From the IMG/VR virus record IMGVR_UViG_3300027733_000033: a stretch of 64,000 nt of DNA. One strand, given 5' to 3'. The notes under the pieces were generated by a model that made no database searches, had not been told where the DNA came from, and saw only the letters and a list, made by a program, of their open reading frames with translations. Position numbers and translations under genes: made by a program. The stretch is from a virus. Each line of letters opens with the position of its first letter. Position 1 is the stretch's first letter. Below, one piece after another: positions 1 through 9,118 of the stretch.

Positions 1-1010
1 CTAACCGCGATTCTGTATTCTGGAAATACTAGATAGCCGCCAGAATAGTTATCATTAACAGATAACACTAGCAAATTAGATAAGCCTTCATTCAAATCGC
101 CGGCGTCATAATGAGCCGCCGTTCTAAAGGTGTTATTCACTGTTAATGTAGTGAATACCGTGCCTGGAACCAAAAACTTTTCATCAATTTTATCAGCCGC
201 CGCTTTTTGATTACCCCAGCGCCATGGTAATAAGGTGTTAAACCCTTTGTTCAAAGACTGGATAAAAGGGAAACATTTTTTGAATTTATCAAACTGATAA
301 TTTGTATATGATGTTGGTCTACCATATGGAATTCTAGGGTATCTATCAAACCAACCTGCTACACCAGAATTACATGGAACAGCATAGTTTGTACTAGAAA
401 TGAATTCTTTAGCAACCATTTCAGCTTCAGCTTTAGCCGCTTCACGCGGTAACTTAGAAGTCGCTTCAGCCCACTCATCAAAATTAAATCCTTCAGGCAA
501 TTTAGAAGGCAACCAAACTTGACAACGAATTTCATTATCAACATAATGAGCATTTTTGATTTTATCAAACTCATCACCTTCATTATACAAATCGTCAATA
601 GGATTAATGAAGTAATCTAAAATAGCATGTTCTTTAGGTTTAACCCTAATACGACCAGAGTTATCGCTAAATGTACCATCAATATTACCTGTATCTTGAA
701 ACGTACCGGCGGCAAGACCTCTATTATTAGATACAGTAGCAGCATCTTTTAAACCCTCATACGCCCAGTCGTGCTCTTCTTTACTGAAGAAGTTTTTTCT
801 AAATTTGAACGCAATACGCAGTTCGTCTTGACCTTTATCGCATGAGCTACAATCTGATTCACAATCTACCTGTGTAGATAAATCACACATAGCAGGCATA
901 TAACAGTCGGTATCTTCTTCAACCAAAATATCGTAATGAGATTCACCAAGAAATCTACCCAATAGGTGCTCACAATCTAGTTTAGATTTGGCAACAATAA
1001 CATTAACCAT
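1..1010 (-). CDS. TET/JBP-family 2OG-Fe(II) dioxygenase (partial; C-terminus runs off the window)
   Basis: Hand translation from ATG at 1010 (MVNVIVAKSKLDCEHLLG...) stays open to base 1. It contains GWFDRYPRIPYGRATSY, FTTLTVNNTFRTAAHYDAGD (HxD) and GGYLVFPEYRIAV, typical of phage TET/JBP proteins. It is absent from the ORF track because no stop lies in the window. Confidence 0.85.
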   Translation of the reverse strand, partial: MVNVIVAKSKLDCEHLLGRFLGESHYDILVEEDTDCYMPAMCDLSTQVDCESDCSSCDKGQDELRIAFKFRKNFFSKEEHDWAYEGLKDAATVSNNRGLAAGTFQDTGNIDGTFSDNSGRIRVKPKEHAILDYFINPIDDLYNEGDEFDKIKNAHYVDNEIRCQVWLPSKLPEGFNFDEWAEATSKLPREAAKAEAEMVAKEFISSTNYAVPCNSGVAGWFDRYPRIPYGRPTSYTNYQFDKFKKCFPFIQSLNKGFNTLLPWRWGNQKAAADKIDEKFLVPGTVFTTLTVNNTFRTAAHYDAGDLNEGLSNLLVLSVNDNYSGGYLVFPEYRIAV

Positions 1011-1038
1011 AATTCAAATTCCTCTTATAAAAATAATA

Positions 1039-1067
1039 ATTATACTTTAAACCCGTTTCAAAGTAAA
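1039..1067 (-). promoter_or_regulatory. Early-type promoter (TTTACT -35, TATAAT -10) for the TET/JBP gene
   Basis: Matches the promoter consensus repeated across the window. Confidence 0.65.
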
Positions 1068-1077
1068 GGTATTTAGA

Positions 1078-2871
1078 CTAAAATTTGAATCCATTCGTTT
1101 CAATTCGTTTAGTTTTAGCTTGAAACCCGTTATTTGTATCAACAGTACCCGCGCCGGATATATTATGCTGAGCAGAGCTTTCAACATCAAACAATCTCAT
1201 CTTACTTCTATCTATACCGATAGTGAAACGCTTATAATAGGAAATGTCATTATATCTATTTTTCAACTGCTTAACCATAATCTGACCCATTTCTTCTAAC
1301 TCTTCAGTAGACATTAAGCCTATGAATAAATCTAACGTATGGGCGATACCTATAGATTCACTGACATTAGTTAAATCCATATCGGTAGAAGTCTGTCCTT
1401 CACGATTAGGCTGAGTCGCGGTGACAACCGGAACATTATACTCTACCGCCAACCCGCGCAACTCTTCAGCAATAGATTTAATCAACATATAAGAATTAAC
1501 ACCGCTACCGTATTTCATTCTTTGAGACGCACAAATATTCAAATAATCTATACAGATGAGGTCAGGCTTGAAGTTCTTTTTACCCTTTAACTCCTCAAGC
1601 AAAACTCTAAAATGACCAGCATGAGCTGATGACGTCGGATATTCTTTGATGATTAATTTACCAGTCGTCTTTTCCATCAACCTTTGAATCCTAGTTTCAA
1701 ATACAGGTCGTTCAACAGTTTTCAACTCTGTAATAGGAATATTCAAAAGATTAGCATCGATACGTTCAGCAATACGTTCTTCAGACATTTCCATTGTAAT
1801 ATATAGAACATTTTTACCCTGTGCCATAGTAGCCGCCGCAATATGACACATCGCTAAAGATTTACCAACGCCCGTGTTATGAGAAGAAACCCCATTTGTA
1901 TAGTACCTATGGTTATCATGGTCAACCGTAATATCAACGATAGGAATCAACTCACCAGTTTCAACAATATAGCCGCTGACTAAACCTTTATCTGTATGAA
2001 AGTTTACTGTTTGGTCTACAAGGTCTTTAGCATAATACCAACCTGCCTGAGTTTCAAACAAATGAATCTCATTACATCTAACAGTATCGCCGTTAGATAA
2101 CGTAAGGACATACTCATCCCAAAAACCTTTATTCACAAAATTCGATACGTTAACCCAACCATCTGGAGATGTTACCTCTATTTTATAATCTAATAACAAA
2201 TCTTTAACATCACCAATCGCAATATGCTTTTCAGCTACCCAACCCTGTTTACTGGTAATCCTAACTGAAATAGACGTATCAGGATGAACGCAACCTGCTA
2301 AGAAACAATTTAACGTTTTAAGGCTTAACCCGCCGCCCGTAATTTTATTCATCAACTCTAAGTCAAACGGAATTTTAGTTTCAACGTTATGATAATGGTC
2401 GTATCGTTCAGAGTAATCTAAAATGTAATCATGACCAACATTTGTATCAAAAGATACCGCTAATGCGTCAGATAATATAGACGGAATAGCATCTTCACGG
2501 AACTGTTTATCCTTACCCTCAATAATCTTAATAGAATGTAATATGGCACCATAAACTGCTTTATCTTTACAGAATTTTTCAGTTTCAAGTAATAACCATT
2601 CATCATTAATATCTTTTTGTTCAATTTTAGAAGCAAGCGCCGTTAACTCAGTTAATTCTTTATCATTGATGTCAGTTCTGTTTCTGATTTCAATATCAAG
2701 AATCTGTGGCGTTATAATCTTATTGAACTTGGTAAAGTATTCACCAATCTCGCTAACAAGAATAGATTCCATCCTATCGGTAAAATATTCTTTTTTAATG
2801 AAAGGTAAGGTTTTTCTAGTAAACTCTTCATTGTAAATCAGATTAGAAATAATAATATCTTCAATTCGCAT
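1078..2871 (-). CDS. gp41: T4 gp41-like replicative DNA helicase (intein-containing)
   Basis: Walker A AG|TGVGKS is split by an intein; also YITMEMSEERIAERIDAN, IDYLNIC, SIAEELRGLAVEY and KQLKNRY. Start reassigned to MRIEDII. Confidence 0.95.
   Translation of the reverse strand: MRIEDIIISNLIYNEEFTRKTLPFIKKEYFTDRMESILVSEIGEYFTKFNKIITPQILDIEIRNRTDINDKELTELTALASKIEQKDINDEWLLLETEKFCKDKAVYGAILHSIKIIEGKDKQFREDAIPSILSDALAVSFDTNVGHDYILDYSERYDHYHNVETKIPFDLELMNKITGGGLSLKTLNCFLAGCVHPDTSISVRITSKQGWVAEKHIAIGDVKDLLLDYKIEVTSPDGWVNVSNFVNKGFWDEYVLTLSNGDTVRCNEIHLFETQAGWYYAKDLVDQTVNFHTDKGLVSGYIVETGELIPIVDITVDHDNHRYYTNGVSSHNTGVGKSLAMCHIAAATMAQGKNVLYITMEMSEERIAERIDANLLNIPITELKTVERPVFETRIQRLMEKTTGKLIIKEYPTSSAHAGHFRVLLEELKGKKNFKPDLICIDYLNICASQRMKYGSGVNSYMLIKSIAEELRGLAVEYNVPVVTATQPNREGQTSTDMDLTNVSESIGIAHTLDLFIGLMSTEELEEMGQIMVKQLKNRYNDISYYKRFTIGIDRSKMRLFDVESSAQHNISGAGTVDTNNGFQAKTKRIETNGFKF
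1876..2292 (-). mobile_element. Mini-intein (139 aa, no endonuclease) in the gp41 P-loop
   Basis: Begins CVHPDT, has a block-B-like CNEIHLF, ends YYTNGVSSHN followed by Thr. Removal restores LAGTGVGKS. Confidence 0.93.
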
Positions 2872-2881
2872 ATCAGTCCTG

Positions 2882-3163
2882 TTAAGCTTTAATGTTTTCA
2901 ATTCCTGTAGTAATAATATCAACCAAAATATCACCAATCATTTTCTTAAATGTCATCAAATCATCTTCAGGGATATGTCCTTCCTGTAAAATGTAATTAA
3001 ATTCTAGCATACCACCATCCTCATCTGGTATCTCAACAAATTTTACATCATCATATGTAAGTACACAATAGATAGATTCATTTTCTGTTAAAAAGTCAAA
3101 CTCGATTGCGGTAACTTCAGCACCGGTTTTATCGATATAATTTATTGCTTGGTAATTTATCAT
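2882..3163 (-). CDS. gp40-like small acidic protein (head vertex assembly chaperone position)
   Basis: Lies between uvsX and gp41 as T4 gp40 does, with similar size and acidity. The call rests on synteny. Confidence 0.5.
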   Translation of the reverse strand: MINYQAINYIDKTGAEVTAIEFDFLTENESIYCVLTYDDVKFVEIPDEDGGMLEFNYILQEGHIPEDDLMTFKKMIGDILVDIITTGIENIKA

Positions 3164-3235
3164 AATGTTCCCATAAAATGAAAATAGCGTATAACGAATT
3201 AACATTATACGCCTTTGTTTCTAAAAAGTAAAGTT

Positions 3236-4315
3236 TTAGATTTCAGTATCGATATCTTCTAATTCATCAATAATTTCTTCATCTGTAGCAGTATTATATG
3301 CAGCACCAAGCTGGAACCTTTCTTTAATGAAAGTTTTAAACTTACCATTGCTCAATATATCATTCCAAAATGCATCAGTTTGAGTTTCTTTTGCGCGGTA
3401 TTTCTTTTCAGCCAATTCGCCAGTATCTAAATTGACCTTTTGGTACCAACCATTAGATGGTTTAATGATAGCGCCGGATTCTAACCCTAACTCAAGTAAA
3501 CCTGAAAACTTTTGTATACCACCAGCATAAGTTACTGTGAACACAAGTTTAGATTTTTCTCTCACATATCTAGACTTTTCAACGTTCAACGTAAAATTAT
3601 AACCCACTAAATCTGTTCCATCTTTTTCTTGAGATTTTCCGATAATAAATGCAGTGTTAGCAGAATATATCAAACCAGACCCACCACTGATAATTTGCTT
3701 AGGGTATAACGACATTTCAGAATATGTATGACAGATAGTTATGCACGGAATGTCTTTAGCAACTAAAGAAGGAGTAACCATACGGAACAACCCTTTAATA
3801 GATTTTGCTCTTTGCATTTCAGCAACACTTTTTTCACTCAAAGCATCATCTAATTCTTTTAAACTAGCAGTATTTCCTATAGAATCAATCATTATAATTA
3901 CTTTATCGCCACGCTCTAATTCTTTTAACTGTTTAACCATATCAAACTTTAACATCTCAATATGTTCAATTGGAATATGGACGACCCTGTCAGGGTCTAC
4001 GTCCATAGAACGCAGGTAATCTGGAGTAACACCGCCCTCTGAATCATAAAATATACATACTGCGTCTTTATACTTTCTAAAATACGCGCTAATACAAACT
4101 AATGCAGTTGCTGATTTAAAAGATTTACTTGGACCAGCTAACAAGGTTAAACCGCTGCTTAACCCACCATCAACATCACCTGAAAATGCTATATTAACGA
4201 TAGGAATATCTGTAGGGATAACATCTTTGTCTTTAAACATTACTGAATCAGTCAAAACAGCAGTGTGTTTAGTTGTACTATTTTTAAGAATTTTACTCAT
4301 CAACGGCGATTTCAT
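3236..4315 (-). CDS. uvsX: UvsX RecA-like recombinase
   Basis: LAGPSKSFKS, FYDSEGG, IDSIGN, LFRMVTP and VEKSRYVREKS motifs. Confidence 0.96.
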   Translation of the reverse strand: MKSPLMSKILKNSTTKHTAVLTDSVMFKDKDVIPTDIPIVNIAFSGDVDGGLSSGLTLLAGPSKSFKSATALVCISAYFRKYKDAVCIFYDSEGGVTPDYLRSMDVDPDRVVHIPIEHIEMLKFDMVKQLKELERGDKVIIMIDSIGNTASLKELDDALSEKSVAEMQRAKSIKGLFRMVTPSLVAKDIPCITICHTYSEMSLYPKQIISGGSGLIYSANTAFIIGKSQEKDGTDLVGYNFTLNVEKSRYVREKSKLVFTVTYAGGIQKFSGLLELGLESGAIIKPSNGWYQKVNLDTGELAEKKYRAKETQTDAFWNDILSNGKFKTFIKERFQLGAAYNTATDEEIIDELEDIDTEI

Positions 4316-5082
4316 TTTGTTTCCTTTTTATGGTTTCCAGCAAAACTTTGCATTACTTGATTTAACTTCTTTTCACTCATTAACATACCACGAACCCACC
4401 CGTCTCCTGGAGAAATGTTAGCTTTAGTGTTAATTGTGCCATTATTCCACCAAAACATTTTACCAGTAACCTTCCCACCTTGTTTCCCACCTTTAGAAGC
4501 ATTGATCAATGCTTCTTCTGGATTAGCTTCTCGCCATTCTTTAGTGACACATCCACCAAAATTGCCAGATTCAATTAACGCATTAGCGCCTATAATTGCC
4601 CATTCATTTCTTAAATGCTGTAAATTTGGGTTATGTATGCCTTTTTGTTTATCTCTACACGCAGAACCAGCAATTTTTCCAATTTCTGAAAAATCAATAT
4701 GATCCATTGAGCCGTTAGACCAATTAAACTTAGTTTGAGCAGATCTATCATAATCAGCAGCAAATATACCAAGATTATTATCCTTTGTAATTCTTCCGCC
4801 TATTTTACCAGCATTAGAATATAATAATAAAATATCTTTATCTGTTAATTTTACAGCAATTCCACGCATAAAACAATACGCAAGTTTATTTCCGATAGGT
4901 TTACCCATTTTGTATCTTAATAAATGGACAATCCTGTGTTCTTTAAATGTTAAAACTGCGCACAAATAAGAATTTGGGTCTTCATGTTTAGGTGTAATAT
5001 GATGATTGTGGTGAATTGAAGAATCATAAATTCTTCCTATTGAACGCGATATAATATCGTCTTGAAGTTTTTCGTAATTCAT
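4312..5082 (-). CDS. Free-standing HNH (Mob-like) homing endonuclease
   Basis: HHITPKH...LTFKEHRIVHLLRYK nuclease motif, GKIGG repeats and a C-terminal WWNNG...GWVRG. Overlaps the uvsX start. Confidence 0.85.
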   Translation of the reverse strand: MNYEKLQDDIISRSIGRIYDSSIHHNHHITPKHEDPNSYLCAVLTFKEHRIVHLLRYKMGKPIGNKLAYCFMRGIAVKLTDKDILLLYSNAGKIGGRITKDNNLGIFAADYDRSAQTKFNWSNGSMDHIDFSEIGKIAGSACRDKQKGIHNPNLQHLRNEWAIIGANALIESGNFGGCVTKEWREANPEEALINASKGGKQGGKVTGKMFWWNNGTINTKANISPGDGWVRGMLMSEKKLNQVMQSFAGNHKKETK

Positions 5083-5195
5083 AAGTTCCTTTGATTATAG
5101 GTTTCTCGTATTTTACGTCAGAGCCTAATCTGACACCCAGTTTAATCATAATATGTTCTCATCAATTCATATCAAAAATACAATTATAAATGATT

Positions 5196-5408
5196 TCAAT
5201 TGAAAAGTAAAGGTCTTGTTTCTAGTATCAAAGTAGGAACTGTTGTGTCAATAGCCTTTTGGTATCTTCCATGTTTAACATCATACCCCGTATCTGTTCT
5301 AAATGGTTCTTCTTCAAACCACCACCATTCTACTGTTGCACCATAAATATCATTGCCTAAATAATTCGCCCAATCAGGAGCATCTTTCCAGTGTGGTTTA
5401 TTTGTCAT
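5196..5408 (-). CDS. Small phage protein (KPxWxxAPxWAxYL family)
   Basis: ORF; paralogous to 49901..50119. Confidence 0.65.
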   Translation of the reverse strand: MTNKPHWKDAPDWANYLGNDIYGATVEWWWFEEEPFRTDTGYDVKHGRYQKAIDTTVPTLILETRPLLFN

Positions 5409-5458
5409 ATTGCCTTGTGTGATTAAAATGGCTGGACTTTTACACCCAGCCACAAACA

Positions 5459-5789
5459 TTAATTGATATAGTGATTCAATTCGTAAGGATTTGTATTTGT
5501 ACCGCGATTATAAACTTGGATATGCAAAGCTTTTTTGCTTGGTTTACCATCTTTTTCAAGCGCTAAACTGTGACGAGTAGTTTCACCGTCTTTAGGCTTA
5601 CCTGGACCAACAGTAATTTTGTCGTGCCATTCGTCATCTGGAATGGTGTAACCTTTAGCGTTAGCTTGCGCTTGAGCATGTTGAACTGCTGAAGTATATG
5701 TTGAGTGATGAAGAATGCTCGTATCTTTTTTTCGCTTCGTTCAAAGCTTCTTCTAATACTGATTCTCTAAATTCTTGGAATGCTGACAT
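5459..5789 (-). pseudogene. Frameshifted internal-head-protein-like gene with capsid-targeting leader
   Basis: MSAFQEFRESVLEEALNEAKK, then an extra A in the A7 run near 5726-5732. The other frame continues DTSILHHSTYTSAVQHAQ...KALHIQVYNRG...YELNHYIN*. May be a sequencing indel. Confidence 0.7.
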
Positions 5790-5798
5790 TTTGTTTCC

Positions 5799-6281
5799 TT
5801 ACAGTTTGGTGTATCCAGAGGACGTTTTAAAATAAAAGGCGTTTCTTGTAGTTGACACTTGTTTAAGAACATTATCAGTAAACGGTGCCAATACAACTTC
5901 TACCATTTTTAACATTGAAATATAAATCTCATCGGGATCGATGAAATCTAAATGGTATTCATGCTCTGCTTCAATGTATTGGTATATATCCCAGAAAGAG
6001 TCATTTAAGCCGTACTGTTCAAATTCTTTATACAAGTTTTCAAACCAAATTTCGTGTACTCTCCCAGCATATTCTTTATATAGCTCTTTATATTTTTCGA
6101 GTTCCTTCTCATTAATAACAACTTCTTGAATAACCCCGCCGTGAACTTCAGCCGCATCTTGTGAATCAAAATAAGTTAGTGTGCCATTTCTAGAACAAAC
6201 CCAGTTTAATATAGGCTCAACCTCAGCCGGCTCTTCACCGGCTAACTCTATACATTGTTCAAATGGTAAGTGTTTATGCAT
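5799..6281 (-). CDS. Hypothetical protein
   Basis: ORF in a minus-strand early operon. Confidence 0.65.
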   Translation of the reverse strand: MHKHLPFEQCIELAGEEPAEVEPILNWVCSRNGTLTYFDSQDAAEVHGGVIQEVVINEKELEKYKELYKEYAGRVHEIWFENLYKEFEQYGLNDSFWDIYQYIEAEHEYHLDFIDPDEIYISMLKMVEVVLAPFTDNVLKQVSTTRNAFYFKTSSGYTKL

Positions 6282-6284
6282 GAA

Positions 6285-6527
6285 TTACTCGCTACTTGCC
6301 CATTGATTATGGATTGACCAAAGTATAGAATTTTCCAAATATTCATCATCTCTGTTATTTTGGTCGCTATGAAAACGCATCGTACCAGCAGTAAAGCAAA
6401 TTTCAAGCATATGATAGCTACCCTTTTCAGATTCATGTTTTTCAATAACCATACATATAATATGCTGTTTATTGATTACAATATCAGATAAGCTGTTGTT
6501 AGCAAAAATTCTTATTTTGTTTGTCAT
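6285..6527 (-). CDS. Hypothetical protein
   Basis: ORF with GGAG RBS. Confidence 0.6.
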   Translation of the reverse strand: MTNKIRIFANNSLSDIVINKQHIICMVIEKHESEKGSYHMLEICFTAGTMRFHSDQNNRDDEYLENSILWSIHNQWASSE

Positions 6528-6582
6528 ATTTTTTCTCCATAGTATTTTAAAACCAGTTAAACCAAACTAAATTTGGTGTATT

Positions 6583-6750
6583 TTACCATAAATTGAATTT
6601 TTCTGGATATTTTGATTCCAAAAATTTGAGCAATAAGCCAACTACAAACGCAGCGTAAATTGGTGTAAATACTAACCACCATGACCAGTCTATATAGTTT
6701 GTTACTTTTAAAGTTATAAAAATAACTAATAACATGTGATATACATTCAT
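6583..6750 (-). CDS. Small membrane protein
   Basis: Hand-translated MNVYHMLLVIFITLKVTNYIDWSWWLVFTPIY..., a common phage transmembrane family. Confidence 0.6.
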   Translation of the reverse strand: MNVYHMLLVIFITLKVTNYIDWSWWLVFTPIYAAFVVGLLLKFLESKYPEKFNLW

Positions 6751-6914
6751 AATAAAAATTTATTCTCTAGATAATTTAAACATAGTATTCTTTCAGAAAT
6801 AATAAAATACATCAATCGTTTCACCATCTTTTGATGCTTTACCGTATCTAAATGTTTTACTGGTTTCGCCCAATAAAAATATATTATATTATGGCGACAT
6901 ATAAAAGTAAAGCT

Positions 6915-7343
6915 TTAATTTTCCATAACAAATTTACCCTTGAATGGAACCCAGTCTGGTGTATAATTAGAATTTGTAACGCCTATAGCTAGGGTTGAGT
7001 CGTTACCTCCACGCAGTAATGTTCCTTTCGTTAAAGAAGTGAACAACACAACAGCACCAGAAGGATAACAACCTAAACATGGATATGTTATATTAGTGAG
7101 TTCTTTTTTCACGTCAATCCCGTATCTTGTAAATAATGCTTCATGGAAATATCTAGTTCCGGAAATTTCATTACCGTTATCGATTGCATTCCATACACTA
7201 ACACAATCTCTAATAATTAACTCGGCAAACTTAGTTGTGTGGTCTCTGTCCCATTGAAAGCTCCAATCTTCGTCATTGTCGTCTACCTTTAAGGTGGCGT
7301 AGTCACAAGCTTCATCGTCAAGTTTTTGAAGGTTTTCGTTCAT
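6915..7343 (-). CDS. Hypothetical protein
   Basis: ORF; the KFAELIIRDC motif resembles FARLVIQEC in 44782..45045. Confidence 0.65.
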   Translation of the reverse strand: MNENLQKLDDEACDYATLKVDDNDEDWSFQWDRDHTTKFAELIIRDCVSVWNAIDNGNEISGTRYFHEALFTRYGIDVKKELTNITYPCLGCYPSGAVVLFTSLTKGTLLRGGNDSTLAIGVTNSNYTPDWVPFKGKFVMEN

Positions 7344-7363
7344 TTTTAGCCTATTATTAAAAG

Positions 7364-7672
7364 TTATGTTCCAGGAAACACTTCAACATACATATTCACA
7401 TCATCCGGAATATTTCGTAGCATACTATCATAAACGCCTGATGTAAATAAGCTCATACCAAAATTGTCTTTATAGCAGTTATAGATACTGCCAGATTCAT
7501 TATGAATTTCGTAGTAGCTACCTTTGTCAATAGTTTCAGTAATACCACTGCTCAATCTGTAACTATCTCCGCTATAAAACCCGCCGCACCAAGAACCTAA
7601 TACTTTTCTGATTTTGTATTCTGGAGTAGCAATATTAACGATAACCCATTTATCAGGATAATATTCACTCAT
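7364..7672 (-). CDS. Conserved phage hypothetical protein
   Basis: YYPDKWVIV...GSWCGGFYSGDSYRLSSGI motif. Confidence 0.7.
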   Translation of the reverse strand: MSEYYPDKWVIVNIATPEYKIRKVLGSWCGGFYSGDSYRLSSGITETIDKGSYYEIHNESGSIYNCYKDNFGMSLFTSGVYDSMLRNIPDDVNMYVEVFPGT

Positions 7673-7801
7673 TTTGATTCCTTGCTTTTGTAATAGCGGT
7701 AAAGCCTAACGTAATGCGCAAACCGTAAAGGCTCTTGTTTATGGTTAGGTAAAGTGCCAAACATATCTAGCATTTCGTTGTAAATTACCTTCATTTCATC
7801 A

Positions 7802-8041
7802 TCACTCATCTTCATTTATTTCGCAAATTTTCTGTTGGTCAAACAACCAAGTTATATATCCGTTATCCATCCAGTCTCCAATATCAAGAAACTCACAATA
7901 TCCGTTTTGTTCGTAATCTTTATCTGTATGCCAAGTCCAGTAAGGACAAACATTTATAGCCAGAAATCCATCTGGTGTTTTCTCGCCGGTGAATTTATAA
8001 CAATAGTCACCCGCCGGTATTAATGATTCGTCTTTTTCCAT
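7802..8041 (-). CDS. Cys-rich hypothetical protein
   Basis: IPAGDYCY...CPYW...YCEFL...LFDQQKIC. Confidence 0.65.
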   Translation of the reverse strand: MEKDESLIPAGDYCYKFTGEKTPDGFLAINVCPYWTWHTDKDYEQNGYCEFLDIGDWMDNGYITWLFDQQKICEINEDE

Positions 8042-8337
8042 TTCTTATCTACATTAGATGGTTTATTGACACAGCTCTCATTTAGTTTAACATATTTCCA
8101 TTTTGAACACTGTTTATGTGTATTAAAGAAAATCTTTTGTTTGACTTCAGCTTCAACCAATCGTTTAGATTTACAAGTTTCAACTAGGTTCATAGGATCT
8201 TTACATTTACCAGATGAATAAAACTTAGGCGCTTTTTCCCATTTAGATTTTGGAATATCATACTGAATCTCAGGGTAAACCGTATCATCTGCAAATACGT
8301 TTCCAGTCAGCAATAGCAATAATAATACTTTTTTCAT
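8020..8337 (-). CDS. Secreted/periplasmic hypothetical protein
   Basis: Signal peptide MKKVLLLLLLTGNVFA. Confidence 0.6.
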   Translation of the reverse strand: MKKVLLLLLLTGNVFADDTVYPEIQYDIPKSKWEKAPKFYSSGKCKDPMNLVETCKSKRLVEAEVKQKIFFNTHKQCSKWKYVKLNESCVNKPSNVDKKWKKTNH

Positions 8338-8350
8338 TGAAAGTAAAGCC

Positions 8351-8659
8351 TTAAAGTCGTTTGGTATAAATTTGATTTTCTTGGTGCCAAGATATTGTAA
8401 TACTTTCTTGAACAGGACAAACTGAAACGACATAACCGTGTTGTCTCAACATATCGCATAATGCGTGCATCACATCTAAAGATAACGCAATAGGAAATTT
8501 ATAGTGCTCAATATCTAAAGAAATTAAGCCATTTTCAGTGGCGGTATTAATAGCCGCTTCAATAGTAGGGATACATTGGTCAACCAATTGTTGCATTTCC
8601 GCTTCACGTTGCTTAATAGCATTATTTGATTTTTTTCCTGCTTCTTTAGCCGTAATCAT
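8351..8659 (-). CDS. Hypothetical protein
   Basis: ORF. Confidence 0.65.
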   Translation of the reverse strand: MITAKEAGKKSNNAIKQREAEMQQLVDQCIPTIEAAINTATENGLISLDIEHYKFPIALSLDVMHALCDMLRQHGYVVSVCPVQESITISWHQENQIYTKRL

Positions 8660-9036
8660 TAAAGTTCCTCATCAGTAATTAATTCCCATTCTAACCACAT
8701 AAAGTTTCGTTCGCCTTTAGTTCTGACGTTCCAGATACCATGTTCATCGAAGTAGTAATTAAATTCATCATCAAAATCTTCTTCCAAAAAAGTTTTATAA
8801 TAAGAATCATAATCTTTAAAAGAATTGTAATGAACAAACTCATGTCTACATTCTTCTAACGTAGCGCCTAATGATAATAAATTACCAGCAAGAACAAGCG
8901 CTTCTGCCTTTTCTTGGTTATTATAGTTCTCAAACAACACTTTACCGTTATGTTCAATAGAACCGTCCCAATGACAAAATATTTGAATAACTGAACCATC
9001 TTTACGAATAACAGCGATAGAAGAATTTGTAGACAT
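8659..9036 (-). CDS. Conserved phage early protein
   Basis: MSTNSSIAV...IFCHWDG motif; lies behind a type-A promoter cassette. Confidence 0.7.
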   Translation of the reverse strand: MSTNSSIAVIRKDGSVIQIFCHWDGSIEHNGKVLFENYNNQEKAEALVLAGNLLSLGATLEECRHEFVHYNSFKDYDSYYKTFLEEDFDDEFNYYFDEHGIWNVRTKGERNFMWLEWELITDEEL

Positions 9037-9044
9037 AATATACA

Positions 9045-9118
9045 CTCCAAATAATTTAAGGTTTAACTTCATTACGGTCTATTATACTATGTTTTATAAA
9101 AAAGTAAAGCTTTATTTT
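9045..9118 (-). repeat. Type-A early promoter/leader cassette (PeSL-like), representative copy
   Basis: Minus strand reads AAAATAAAGCTTTACTTTT..AGTATAATAGA..TAATGAAGTTAAACCTTAA..GGAG. Similar copies lie near 10090, 21992, 23877, 25240, 27698, 29448, 32295, 33003, 33422, 33797, 37189, 45702, 51322, 52093 and 53936. Confidence 0.9.

Noticed and set aside
359-598. ORF-track entries overlapping or antisense to real genes (e.g. 359..598, 3741..4019, 10522..10980, 22334..22585, 47047..47319, 57318..57572)
   Set aside because: They are shadow frames of well-supported genes or tRNAs, with no RBS or recognisable motifs.
5720-5735. A7G tract as a classic -1 ribosomal frameshift site
   Set aside because: The downstream domain needs a +1 shift, and the A-AAA-AAG phasing does not match the reading frame.
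9037-9072. Apparent conserved N-terminal peptide MKLNL/MKLSL on six ORFs (9072, 29457, 32303, 45711, 51329, 53944)
   Set aside because: It is the translated type-A leader. In other copies the same ATG hits a stop or is out of frame, and a GGAG RBS precedes the downstream Met, so conservation is at the nucleotide level. A leaderless uORF role is not excluded.
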